A stretch of DNA of 64,000 bases from Terriglobia bacterium (GTDB lineage: Bacteria; Acidobacteriota; Terriglobia; Acidiferrales; UBA7541). Under the pieces are notes generated by a model. It saw only the letters and a program-made list of their open reading frames with translations, ran no database searches and had not been told where the DNA came from. This document shows, piece after piece, positions 17,659 through 26,983 of the stretch; position 1 is the stretch's first letter, and each line of letters starts with the position of its first letter. Location: assembly GCA_033853375.1 (NCBI GenBank), contig JAWOLO010000211.1, positions 266-64,265 of the forward strand, given 5' to 3'. Position numbers and translations under genes: made by a program.

Positions 17659-19136
17659 AGCGCACCTCCGAGAGTAGCTCCAGCCTGAGCTGTAGGTGCT
17701 GCGAGTGCAGGCGGCTTTGGCTTTTCTTCGGGTTTCTTTTCTTCCGGTTTCTTCTCTTCAGGCTTCTTTTCGGCTTTCTTCAATTTCTCAGTCAGCGCCT
17801 TTTTCTCTTTCTCGATTTCGGCGCGATTGGCAATGTCTTTTTCGCGATCGAAGTAAACGCGGCCATCGATCAGCGTTTTCTGGACAACGGCGTAGGCGCT
17901 GAGCGGATCATGGTTGTAAATCGCCAAGTCGGCGTCTTTGCCCACATCGATGGTGCCAACGCGCTTGTCGATGCCGAGCTGAATAGCCGGATTCAAAGTA
18001 ACGAGTTTCAGCGCCTCGTCGTGACTGAGCCCGCCGTACTTCATGCTCTTGGCGGCTTCTTGATTGAGGTGCGTGGCTTCTTCCGCATCATCGGAATTGA
18101 TGGAAACGATCACGCCGCGGCGGGTCATCAGCGCGGCGTTGTAGGGAATGGCGTCGTAGGCTTCGACTTTATAAGCCCACCAGTCGGAGAACGTCGAAGC
18201 GCCAACGCCTGCGGCCGCGAGTTCATCGGCGACCTTGTAACCTTCGAGAACGTGCTGGAACGTGCGGACTTTGAAACCGAACTCCTTAGCCACGCGGAGA
18301 AGCATCAGGATTTCGTCTTCGCGGTAGCAGTGCGAGTGCACGTAGCGTTTGCCTTCGAGAACTTCGACGAGCGGCTCGAGTTTCAGGTCGCGGCGCGGCG
18401 GGATGAGATTTTTTTCGCCAGCAGCGACGCGCTTGTTGTAATCGTCCCAGGTTTTCTTGTAATCGCGGGCTTCGCTGAACGCGGCGCGAATGGTTTCTTC
18501 GACGCCCATGCGCGTGGCGGGATAACGGCGGGGCTGGCCAGGAACGCTGAAGTTCGAACGTTTCGGGTTTTCACCGAGAGCGAACTTGATACCGGGCATG
18601 GCGCCCTCAAACGGAAGCTTCGAGGCGGGTTGGCCCCACCGCAACTTGATCACCAGAGTCTGCCCGCCGATGGAGTTGGCGGAGCCGTGAAGAATGTTCG
18701 CGGAAGTGACTCCGCCCGCGAGGTCGCGATAAATGTCAATGTCGTCGGGATCCAGGACTTCTTCCATGTTCACTATCGAGGAAACTGAGACGCTGCCCTC
18801 GTTGATGGCCTCCGCGGCAATGTGCGAATGGCAATCGATGATCCCCGGAATCACGAACTGCCCCGAAGCATCGATCACCTGCGCGCCCGCCGGAGCTTTG
18901 ATGGACTGCCCGACTTCGGCGATTTTGCCGTCCCTAATAAGCACGGAACCGTGCTCGATGGTGCCGTGAGAAATGGTCATTATCGTGGCGTTTTGAACCA
19001 GGATCACGACCGGAGCGTCCGGTGGAGCAGCAGCTGGCACAGACGACGCGATGCAAAGCGCGAAAAGAAATGGAAGGAAGACAGACACGAAAGCAAGGCG
19101 AGCGCGGCTTACGTCTGTCATGAACGAGATGCTCAT
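17655..19136 (-). CDS. Secreted metal-dependent amidohydrolase
   Basis: PGIIDCHSH, KFALGENPK, HSHCYR, QHVLEGY and NSDD motifs. Confidence 0.92.
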   Translation of the reverse strand: MSISFMTDVSRARLAFVSVFLPFLFALCIASSVPAAAPPDAPVVILVQNATIMTISHGTIEHGSVLIRDGKIAEVGQSIKAPAGAQVIDASGQFVIPGIIDCHSHIAAEAINEGSVSVSSIVNMEEVLDPDDIDIYRDLAGGVTSANILHGSANSIGGQTLVIKLRWGQPASKLPFEGAMPGIKFALGENPKRSNFSVPGQPRRYPATRMGVEETIRAAFSEARDYKKTWDDYNKRVAAGEKNLIPPRRDLKLEPLVEVLEGKRYVHSHCYREDEILMLLRVAKEFGFKVRTFQHVLEGYKVADELAAAGVGASTFSDWWAYKVEAYDAIPYNAALMTRRGVIVSINSDDAEEATHLNQEAAKSMKYGGLSHDEALKLVTLNPAIQLGIDKRVGTIDVGKDADLAIYNHDPLSAYAVVQKTLIDGRVYFDREKDIANRAEIEKEKKALTEKLKKAEKKPEEKKPEEKKPEEKPKPPALAAPTAQAGATLGGAL

Positions 19137-20827
19137 TGCGCACCTCCGAAAACGACCGCACTAGTGCCAGACGGGCCGGCTTTGACGCCGGTGAAATCGA
19201 GCGACAAGCCGAGGGCGCTGACACTGATAGAGCCTTTCAACGATGTGCCGTCGAAGGTGCCGGAGAACGTGACATCCGTGGGGCCTTGGTCGAGAACGAT
19301 GTTGATGGTGAAGCTGAATTTGTCGACGCTAAGGTAACCGCTGATGATGTTGGCGTTGCCACGGTGGCTCGAGACCGAACCGGAAATCGTGCCGTCCTTA
19401 TCCATCGTGAGGTCGGCGGTGGATTCTTCAGGACCTTCCGGTGTGGTGTAAGAGAGCTTCCATCTTCCGGTGATGTCACCCTTGGGCGGTTCTTTCGGCT
19501 TTTCCGGTTCGTGCGCCTCGAACCGCTGCCCGTCCACGAAAACCATTTTGATTTTGGTTTTTTCTTCGAAGAGGTCGCCATCGGTCACGACAAGATTCGC
19601 GATTTTGCCGGTTTCGATGGAGCCGAGCCGGTCGGCTACGCCAAAAATTTCCGCTGCCGAGAGGGTAAAGGCGCGCAGTGCCGCATCGCGCGAAAGTCCA
19701 GCGTCAACGGATTTCTTCGCGGCTTTGAGAATGTCCTTCGGAGCAGCGATCCCACCTGAATAAAAGGCAAATTTCACGCCTGCCTTGGTGAAGGCCTCCG
19801 GCGTCGAAGGAGCTCGGTCGCGGAACCGCAACGTTCGCAGCGACGGCTTGGCCTCCGGATCGGCGTCTTTTTCCGCTTCCGGCCATTTCAGGTCCACGAG
19901 CACAGGAAGCTTCTTCGCCGCAATTTCCGAGGCGACTTCGTAGCCCATCTGGCCGCCGTAAATCGCGCCTTTGACCTGCCAGCGGTCGGTGAGCTCGAGC
20001 GCTCGGCGGAGTTGCACGGTATTGTTCGCAGGCACGAGAACCAGGGCATGGTCTTCCAACGCCTCCGCAAGAGCGGCTTCGGTGCGGTCATAGCGAGGCC
20101 GCGCGACGCCGCGAGGATTTTTCTCGTAAATGGCCTGCGCTTTGACGCTCCAATCGGTGTCTAGCCAAACCTGATGAATGTAGGCCAGCACGCCGAGGAG
20201 CGAGTCGGGAAAACCACTGCCAAATCCCCCCGTTCCTTGGAAGGAAAGCGGAATCGCTACAGGCGATTTCACGACGAGATCGCCAGCGTGGTCTCCCGCA
20301 AGGTCCAGAACCGCAGCCTGGCCGGGGAAGAAACCACCTTTGGGCGCGCAAATGACAGTCGTGAAGCCTCCGTTGCGCCAGGTTTCGATGCGCTTGTCAC
20401 TCAGATTGACTTCGTCTGCTCCGCTGCGCCAAGGCGTGGAAGCCGGGCGGTCCTCTGGACCGCGTGATTGTTGTTGCGGACGACGAGGAGCTCCACTCTC
20501 TCCGCCGGAAGGAGGTGCGGCAGGAATGCCAACATCGGTGAAGGCATCCACAAGCCCGGGATAAACTGTCAAACCTTTGCCATCGATCACCCAGGCTTCC
20601 GGTGGAATCGTCACGTCTTTGCCGACGGCGGTGATGACGCCGCGAGAAACGACAACGGTCGCGTCTTCTAGGGGCGGCCCGGAAACAGGCACAACCTTTG
20701 CGCCGCGAATGGCGAAGTATTGCGGCTCGCCGCCCTGGGCATGAAGCTGCGATGGGTAGAAAAAGAGAAACCCAAGAGCGGCAAGACACAACGCGGACGC
20801 ACACCTGCGGAGCAGTTTCAAGCGCAT
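19133..20827 (-). CDS. Secreted amidohydrolase-fold protein with C-terminal beta domain, metal ligands degenerate
   Basis: YPGLVDAFTDVG (no HxH); GSIETGKIANL; extra DITGRWKL domain. Confidence 0.85.
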   Translation of the reverse strand: MRLKLLRRCASALCLAALGFLFFYPSQLHAQGGEPQYFAIRGAKVVPVSGPPLEDATVVVSRGVITAVGKDVTIPPEAWVIDGKGLTVYPGLVDAFTDVGIPAAPPSGGESGAPRRPQQQSRGPEDRPASTPWRSGADEVNLSDKRIETWRNGGFTTVICAPKGGFFPGQAAVLDLAGDHAGDLVVKSPVAIPLSFQGTGGFGSGFPDSLLGVLAYIHQVWLDTDWSVKAQAIYEKNPRGVARPRYDRTEAALAEALEDHALVLVPANNTVQLRRALELTDRWQVKGAIYGGQMGYEVASEIAAKKLPVLVDLKWPEAEKDADPEAKPSLRTLRFRDRAPSTPEAFTKAGVKFAFYSGGIAAPKDILKAAKKSVDAGLSRDAALRAFTLSAAEIFGVADRLGSIETGKIANLVVTDGDLFEEKTKIKMVFVDGQRFEAHEPEKPKEPPKGDITGRWKLSYTTPEGPEESTADLTMDKDGTISGSVSSHRGNANIISGYLSVDKFSFTINIVLDQGPTDVTFSGTFDGTSLKGSISVSALGLSLDFTGVKAGPSGTSAVVFGGAQ

Positions 20828-20940
20828 GCGAATCCCCCGGCTATAAGACTTTGAAGGACACTCAGATACCGACCTTCGAATAGACGCATGAGGCTAGTGC
20901 GAAGTTTCCACAGAGTCAAGATAGAGACGTAAGAAACGGC

Positions 20941-22656
20941 CTAGGGCTTTTTCTTTTTGAAGAGGCCGCTGAGAGCGTCAACGGGATTGCTTGGATTCTG
21001 CTGCTGTTGCGTGTTGCCGGGAGCCGCGAGACCGCCGAGCTGGGACTTGAACATCTCCTTGGCGAGGCCGGCGACATCAGGGACGAATTTGGGATCGGAA
21101 GTTGTTCCTTGGACCAGGAACGGAATTTTCATACCCTGAACCGCCGCAGCGCCGCCCGCCGCTTTGCCCAGCAATCCGCCGAGGGCGCCGGCAACGCCGC
21201 CAGCCGCGCCCGCCGGTGCACTGGCTCCGCTTCCGAGATTCTTAGACACTGTAGCGACCATCTTGAAATCCAGGTTATTCTTCGCGTCAACCGTACCCGC
21301 GCCAATGAGGGTGCCTAAGGCGGGGACACTCGCGTTGAAATTGTCTGCGCGGAGTCCTTCGGGAGCCATGCGGAGGTTCGTCGTAAGCTTTTCGATATCG
21401 AGGTCCTGACCGGTTTTGAGGCCAGCGAGCGCGGAAATGGCCGCCATTTTTGAGCCGAGATCAAATCCGGCCAATTTGCCATTGAAGAGACCGACATTGC
21501 CGGTCGTGACGAGCTTGTTCGTCGGACCCGTAATGTCGAGATCGGCGTTAAGCGTGCCGGCCGTGAGCGAAGCGCCTCTGGGAATATTGATGCCCAGCGC
21601 GGGAAGAAATGCCTGCAAATCCTTGGCAGGCATATCCTTGGCATCCAGACTGATCTTGACGACGGTGGCTTCGCCGGAAGTGTCATAGGTCCCAGTCAGG
21701 CGCGCGGCAGCGCTGCCAATTTTCAGGACCGATGGGTTCAGAACACCGGTATTCTTGCGGAGATTGTATTTCGTATTGAAGTTGACCGTAACCGGGACGC
21801 CCGCGGGCGAGCCACCTTCCACGAGAAGTGCTTTGGAAAGTTTGGCGCTGCCTTTCGTTTCCGCCTGTCCTCCGCTTGACGCCACGGTGCCGTCCAAATC
21901 GACAATGCCACCGAGGCCCTCCGACGAATCAAGAAAGCCCGTCGAAGCAAGATTCAGCCCGGTAATCATGAGCTTTGCGTCCATCGGAGTGAGTGAAGTG
22001 TCTTCTTGATCGATCGGCCCGGCGGTGCCCTCAAGTTTGAATTTGCCGCCGTTTGGAAGGTCCGCCGTCACGGTGACGGGAAACTTCGACGTCATTGAGA
22101 AATTGGAGGCAGTAATCGTGAGATTGTCGTACGCGCTGCGTTTTCTCGAGTCAGTTGCGCCTACTATGATCTTCCCGTTCTTCAATTCAAGTTGATTGAC
22201 CGAGAGATCCGCCGCGGCGTTCGTGGTCTTTCCTCCGGGAGCCTGCTTGGCTTGTGCCTTTGCCGCTTGGCCGCCTAGCGAGGCGAAATTCCACACGTCA
22301 GCAGAATTGTGCAGCAGCGTGACTTGCGGCGTGTCGATGGTGATGCCGGTAATGTTCAGAGTTTTTGAAAAAATCAACGGCATGAGCTCCACGCCCACTT
22401 TCAGGGATTTGGCCGTGAGAAAAGGTGAAGAGCTGAACTTGGGATCATCGCCGATGGAAAGATTTTCAGCGGACAGAGACCCGCTAAGAAGCGATAGGCT
22501 CAGGTTTCCCAGTTGCACCTTGCGGCCGAGGGCCGCAGAAGCCTTTTCTTCAATAGTGGGACGGAACTGGTTCACGGGAATCAGAAATGGAAGAACGAGA
22601 ATCAAAACGACCAAGACAGCGACAACGATGAGCACGACGCGTAGTTTGCTGCCCAT
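20941..22656 (-). CDS. AsmA-family protein
   Basis: N-terminal TM anchor; IEEKASAALGRKVQLG; C-terminal IPFLVQGTTSDPKFVPD. Confidence 0.85.
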   Translation of the reverse strand: MGSKLRVVLIVVAVLVVLILVLPFLIPVNQFRPTIEEKASAALGRKVQLGNLSLSLLSGSLSAENLSIGDDPKFSSSPFLTAKSLKVGVELMPLIFSKTLNITGITIDTPQVTLLHNSADVWNFASLGGQAAKAQAKQAPGGKTTNAAADLSVNQLELKNGKIIVGATDSRKRSAYDNLTITASNFSMTSKFPVTVTADLPNGGKFKLEGTAGPIDQEDTSLTPMDAKLMITGLNLASTGFLDSSEGLGGIVDLDGTVASSGGQAETKGSAKLSKALLVEGGSPAGVPVTVNFNTKYNLRKNTGVLNPSVLKIGSAAARLTGTYDTSGEATVVKISLDAKDMPAKDLQAFLPALGINIPRGASLTAGTLNADLDITGPTNKLVTTGNVGLFNGKLAGFDLGSKMAAISALAGLKTGQDLDIEKLTTNLRMAPEGLRADNFNASVPALGTLIGAGTVDAKNNLDFKMVATVSKNLGSGASAPAGAAGGVAGALGGLLGKAAGGAAAVQGMKIPFLVQGTTSDPKFVPDVAGLAKEMFKSQLGGLAAPGNTQQQQNPSNPVDALSGLFKKKKP

Positions 22657-22821
22657 ACGGACCTCCAGAGTGGAAGGCTTGTCAATTGCTTGGACGGAGA
22701 AACTGCATAATAACATAAGCAATGCCGAGATACTGTGATCCGGCCGGATTGCGGATGGGGAGAGTCCATCCGCATCTGTCAGATAGAAGTCGTTTACAAC
22801 GTCGTGTAGAGCACGAAGGAA

Positions 22822-23391
22822 TTGCGTTATCCTGATAAGGTGAACTTTTGGGCGGATTTCATCGGTCTTCCAACGAAGCGATCTCCTGCTCGTCGAAGAA
22901 GCATTGCGGTTTTGCGTGCTGCGCCCAGGCAAAGGAAAGACCCGGGAAAAGGCTTTACTCTACTTGAGCTCATCATCGCGTCTTTCATCCTTCTCGTTCT
23001 TGCTTCCGCCGCACTGCCCATGGTGCGCGTGACCATTGTTAGATCAAAAGAAGTGCAACTTCACAAAGCGCTGCGTGAAATCCGCGACGCCATCGATCGC
23101 TATAAGGACTACGCCGACCGCAATCTCATCCGCGTCGAAGTCGGAAGCGAAGGATATCCGCCGGACCTGGAAACGCTGGTCAAAGGCGTTCAAATTGGCG
23201 CGGGGTCCGACCGAAAGGTCCGCTTTCTGCGCCGCATCCCAGTGGATCCCATGACCGGCCGCGCGGAATGGAATCTGCAGTCCGTGCAGGATGATCCGGA
23301 CTCCACCTCTTGGGGCGGCGGTAACGTTTTCGATGTGCACTCCAAATCTCAAGGCACCGCCCTCGACGGAACCAAGTACGCGGACTGGTAG
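22822..23391 (+). CDS. Type II secretion / type IV prepilin-like protein (GspG-like); start uncertain
   Basis: GFTLLELII methylation motif; YPPDLETLV, LRRIPVDPMTG and YADW motifs. Confidence 0.88.
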   Translation: MRYPDKVNFWADFIGLPTKRSPARRRSIAVLRAAPRQRKDPGKGFTLLELIIASFILLVLASAALPMVRVTIVRSKEVQLHKALREIRDAIDRYKDYADRNLIRVEVGSEGYPPDLETLVKGVQIGAGSDRKVRFLRRIPVDPMTGRAEWNLQSVQDDPDSTSWGGGNVFDVHSKSQGTALDGTKYADW

Positions 23392-23530
23392 AAACCAACC
23401 TTTGCCCTCAAGTCTGCCTCTTCACCATCGGAACGGATGCTCCGCAGACTAAGAATCCACTTTGGCTCACTTGATGCGAATCCCTTTGTGCAATTCTCTA
23501 AGCAACAGGACGTATTACAATGGAGACAGC

Positions 23531-23607
23531 GGGGCTGTAGCTCAGATGGATAGAGCAGCAGTTTCCTAAACTGCGTGTCGGGAGTTCGAATCTCCCCAGC
23601 CCCACCA
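23531..23607 (+). tRNA. tRNA-Arg (anticodon CCT)
   Basis: GGGGCTG acceptor stem, TAGCTCAG D-arm, GCAGT-TTCCTAA-ACTGC anticodon arm, GTTCGAATC, CCA end. Confidence 0.97.
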
Positions 23608-23702
23608 GATTTCCGCTTCGAATCGAAATATCCCCAAGATTTAATGACATTGATAAGCGAAGTCGTTATGCTCCGAAGACTTTTCTAGGAGGTGCGGCAT
23701 TC

Positions 23703-25943
23703 ATGAAAGCTTTCATGACGTTTCTTTGCGGTTTCTTGCTTTTGCTTTTGGCCGCAACTACTTGCTTGGCGCAGAGCGCCGCTGACGATTTTCTCGACGG
23801 CCTTGGCCTGGCCCGGCTCAAGAGTTATTCGAGCCACCGCGTCTCGAGCGGCAATCGCTACGTTGCGAGCAATGACGACAGCAAACGGATTCTGCCGGGC
23901 GAGACTCTGGTGATGGCGGACGTTTCGGGCGCGGGCATGATCACGCACATCTGGGTGACTGTGGCAAACAACGAGTTCGGCTGGCCGCGCTTGCTCCGTT
24001 TGAGAGTTTATTACGACGGACACAAGACACCCAGCGTGGACACCCCACTTGGGGATTTCTTTGGAGTCGCGCACGGCTCGGAACGCGACCTGAACTCCAT
24101 TATGGTCCACGACAGCTCGCTGGGACGTGCGCGCAATAGTTACTGGCCAATGCCTTTCCGGAAATCTTGCCGGATCACGGTAACCAACGAAGGCGACCGC
24201 ATCGTTCCGATGTTTTACTATCACGTGGACTATCGGAAGTACGCGGCTCTGCCCCGGGATATTGCTTACTTTCATGCCTACTACCGCCAGGAACGGCCCG
24301 CGCGTGCCGGACACAACTACGAATTTCTAAATATTCGAGGCACCGGCCACTACGTAGGGACGGTGATGGGCGTGATACAAACACAGCTCTCGTGGTTCGG
24401 CGAAGGTGACGACCTCTTCTACATTGACGGAGCGAAGCAGCCTCAGATTTACGGTACCGGATCCGAGGATTATTTCAACGACGCCTGGGGCTTGCGCGAT
24501 TCGGACGGGCCATGGACCGGCACGCCGATGGCGGAGGGCGAGCGCCTAGGCTCGCGGTTGAGTGCTTACCGATGGCACGTTCCCGATCCTATCGCCTTCA
24601 AGACTTCTTTGTGGGCCGGAATCGAGCACGCCGGATGGACCGCCAATGAAGACGGGTCGGTCCGCTCTGCTTTCGAAGAACGCCCTGATTATTTTTCGAG
24701 CGTCGCCTTTTGGTACCAAAAAGGCGTGCAAGAAGAGCTGCCTGAACCGCCCTATGGCGCGGCGAGGCTGCCCTTCGGAAATGTGACGCAAATTGCTGTC
24801 GAGGACTCGCTGGCCGACGTCACTGCGGAGAGCGGAAAAGCTTCCGTGCAGCGAGAAGTAGATTGGGCGAAGGACTTGCTGTTTCTCGAAGCAAAGGGCT
24901 CCGGAGCGAGAATCAATATTCCCGTCGACATTCCGGAAACTGCGCAATATGAAATGATTGCGATGATGGCGCAGGCACCCGACTATGGCGACTACCTGGC
25001 ATTGCTCGATGGGCAGCCCACCAATCTGGACACGCGCCAGCCCGCAACTTCGGAGATTCCATTCCCCGGGCCGGAGATTTTTCACAACTACCTGCCGGAA
25101 GTTTACGTGGCGAGGGATCGCGCGCTCGGGATGTTCCATTTGACGAAAGGACGCCACATCCTCACGTTCGTCTGCACGGGAAAGGATCAGCGCTCTGCCG
25201 GATACAACTTTGGGATACAAGAAGTGGACCTTGAGCGAGTGCCTCAAACGGCGGGGCCGCCAGTCGAGGAGACGCGGGTTGCGAAGACCACCGTCCGAGG
25301 GGACGCATCTCTGAACGCGCGGGTTTATCGTGGTCGGCCGCTTGCATTCTATACCGCGCGCCTCAAATCCGGAGAAACAGGCGAACGAGCAGGCCTCCTT
25401 CGCGCGATTGGGAGTTTTGGGCCAGACGCTACTTCCGCCACGGAGTCCTTGACCGCTTTACTCTCCGACGCTGACGCGGAAATTCGCGGTGCTGCTGCAA
25501 ACGCGTTAGCTCAGATCGGTCCGGCCGCGGCAAAATCGGTTTCAGAATTAGGCAAGCTTATTTCCGACCCTTCGGCGCGTGTTCGGTGCCAAGCGACTTT
25601 GGCGCTTAAATCCATAGGCACAAGATCGGCCTCGGCCGTTCCAGAATTGACTCGAGCCTTGAGCGATCCGGCTCCCTATGTGCGCGCTGGCGCAGCCGAC
25701 GCGTTGGGCGCAATCGGTCCGGAGAGCCGCTCGGCTGTGCCTGCGTTAGTAGAGAGGCTCAAGACCGATCCCGGTCCGAACTATGTTTTCGACAGCGCGA
25801 TATACGCGTTGGGCAGTATAGGACCCGACGCAAAGCAGGCGATTGGCGCACTGGAGGAAATCTCGCACCGGCCGCGGCTCACTGCGCCCGCGCACGAGGC
25901 GATCCTGCAAATCAAAGGTGAGCCTGTACCCATGTATCACTAA
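23703..25943 (+). CDS. DUF2961 / GH172-like glycoside hydrolase fused to C-terminal HEAT repeats
   Basis: GMITHIW, PLGDFFG, WPMPF, WFGEGD and GTGSEDYFNDAWG motifs; repeated VRxxAAxALGxIGP. Confidence 0.85.
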   Translation: MKAFMTFLCGFLLLLLAATTCLAQSAADDFLDGLGLARLKSYSSHRVSSGNRYVASNDDSKRILPGETLVMADVSGAGMITHIWVTVANNEFGWPRLLRLRVYYDGHKTPSVDTPLGDFFGVAHGSERDLNSIMVHDSSLGRARNSYWPMPFRKSCRITVTNEGDRIVPMFYYHVDYRKYAALPRDIAYFHAYYRQERPARAGHNYEFLNIRGTGHYVGTVMGVIQTQLSWFGEGDDLFYIDGAKQPQIYGTGSEDYFNDAWGLRDSDGPWTGTPMAEGERLGSRLSAYRWHVPDPIAFKTSLWAGIEHAGWTANEDGSVRSAFEERPDYFSSVAFWYQKGVQEELPEPPYGAARLPFGNVTQIAVEDSLADVTAESGKASVQREVDWAKDLLFLEAKGSGARINIPVDIPETAQYEMIAMMAQAPDYGDYLALLDGQPTNLDTRQPATSEIPFPGPEIFHNYLPEVYVARDRALGMFHLTKGRHILTFVCTGKDQRSAGYNFGIQEVDLERVPQTAGPPVEETRVAKTTVRGDASLNARVYRGRPLAFYTARLKSGETGERAGLLRAIGSFGPDATSATESLTALLSDADAEIRGAAANALAQIGPAAAKSVSELGKLISDPSARVRCQATLALKSIGTRSASAVPELTRALSDPAPYVRAGAADALGAIGPESRSAVPALVERLKTDPGPNYVFDSAIYALGSIGPDAKQAIGALEEISHRPRLTAPAHEAILQIKGEPVPMYH

Positions 25944-26081
25944 GTTGCCGACACCCGAGGGAGAATCGCACGGCATGTAGGGCAACAAAATGCAGCTGTG
26001 TCGATGACAGCGGGGCTCGTCGCTGGTGACCGATTCCCATCTTCGTCCGAGCAGACGTTGCGCTCGTGCTACCATTGCGCA

Positions 26082-26888
26082 ATGCACCGCGGCTCCTGGG
26101 CTCTGCGACTCAGCGTGATCTTGCTGCTTGGCGCTCAAGCCGCGACTGCGCAACAAGAACCGAAGCCAAACGACCTCCCGGAAACTCCTACTGCGAAGCA
26201 AGAGCAGACTCCTCAGAAGCACACGAGTCGCCTCCAGTCGACCTTTGAAATTCTGGGCCGGCGCTCGATTTTCTTTCCAGATTTGGCAACCAGCCCCGGC
26301 CCACTCCGCAGCAGGCAAAAGCTGGAACTCTTCGCGGGCAAGAGCCTTGCGCCCTCGCGCTTTGTTTCTTCCGCTCTGAGCGCAGGCCTTGGCCAGGCAC
26401 GAGATACTCTGCCAGCCTACGGCGAGGGAATCGGCGGCTATGGAAAGCGGTTTGGCTCTTCCATGGCCACAGGCGCTTCGACGGAATTTTTTGGCACGTT
26501 TCTGTTCGCGTCGTTATTCCGACGCGACCCGCGCTACTTTGTCAGCCTGCACGGCGGACCCTTGCGCCGCATCGGTTACGGCGTCAGCCGTCTGGTCGTC
26601 GCTCGGACGGATGCAGGAACGGAGGGCGCCAATTGGCCGGGAATCCTTGGGCCGCTCTTCGCGGAAAGCTTGGCGAATAGCTATCTTCCCGAGACGCAAC
26701 AAACCGCGGGGCAAACCTTCCGTCGTTATGGTGTGCGGCTCGGCTTCACGGCTGCCGCCAACATCGTCAAAGAGTATTGGCCGACCATTTTCCGCAGTTT
26801 GCGCATCGCCAAGATCGCTCCTGGGTTGAGCCCCGATTCTTCTCCTCCGACCGCCCACCCACCTGCAACTTTACGTTTCCGGTTTTGA
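26082..26888 (+). CDS. Conserved hypothetical exported/membrane protein
   Basis: Signal peptide; DLPETP, GYGKRFG, DPRYF and LANSYLP motifs. Confidence 0.7.
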   Translation: MHRGSWALRLSVILLLGAQAATAQQEPKPNDLPETPTAKQEQTPQKHTSRLQSTFEILGRRSIFFPDLATSPGPLRSRQKLELFAGKSLAPSRFVSSALSAGLGQARDTLPAYGEGIGGYGKRFGSSMATGASTEFFGTFLFASLFRRDPRYFVSLHGGPLRRIGYGVSRLVVARTDAGTEGANWPGILGPLFAESLANSYLPETQQTAGQTFRRYGVRLGFTAAANIVKEYWPTIFRSLRIAKIAPGLSPDSSPPTAHPPATLRFRF

Positions 26889-26983
26889 TCGCATGTAAGC
26901 GGTTTGTCTTCGCTATTCAGCTGAGCATGAACAGCTCAAGGAGCCGTGGTAGCTCTCAAATCGCGAAGGTTGATCAACTGGTT

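Noticed and set aside
17730-17780. Repeated EKKPE codons
   Set aside because: Low-complexity charged protein linker, not a DNA element
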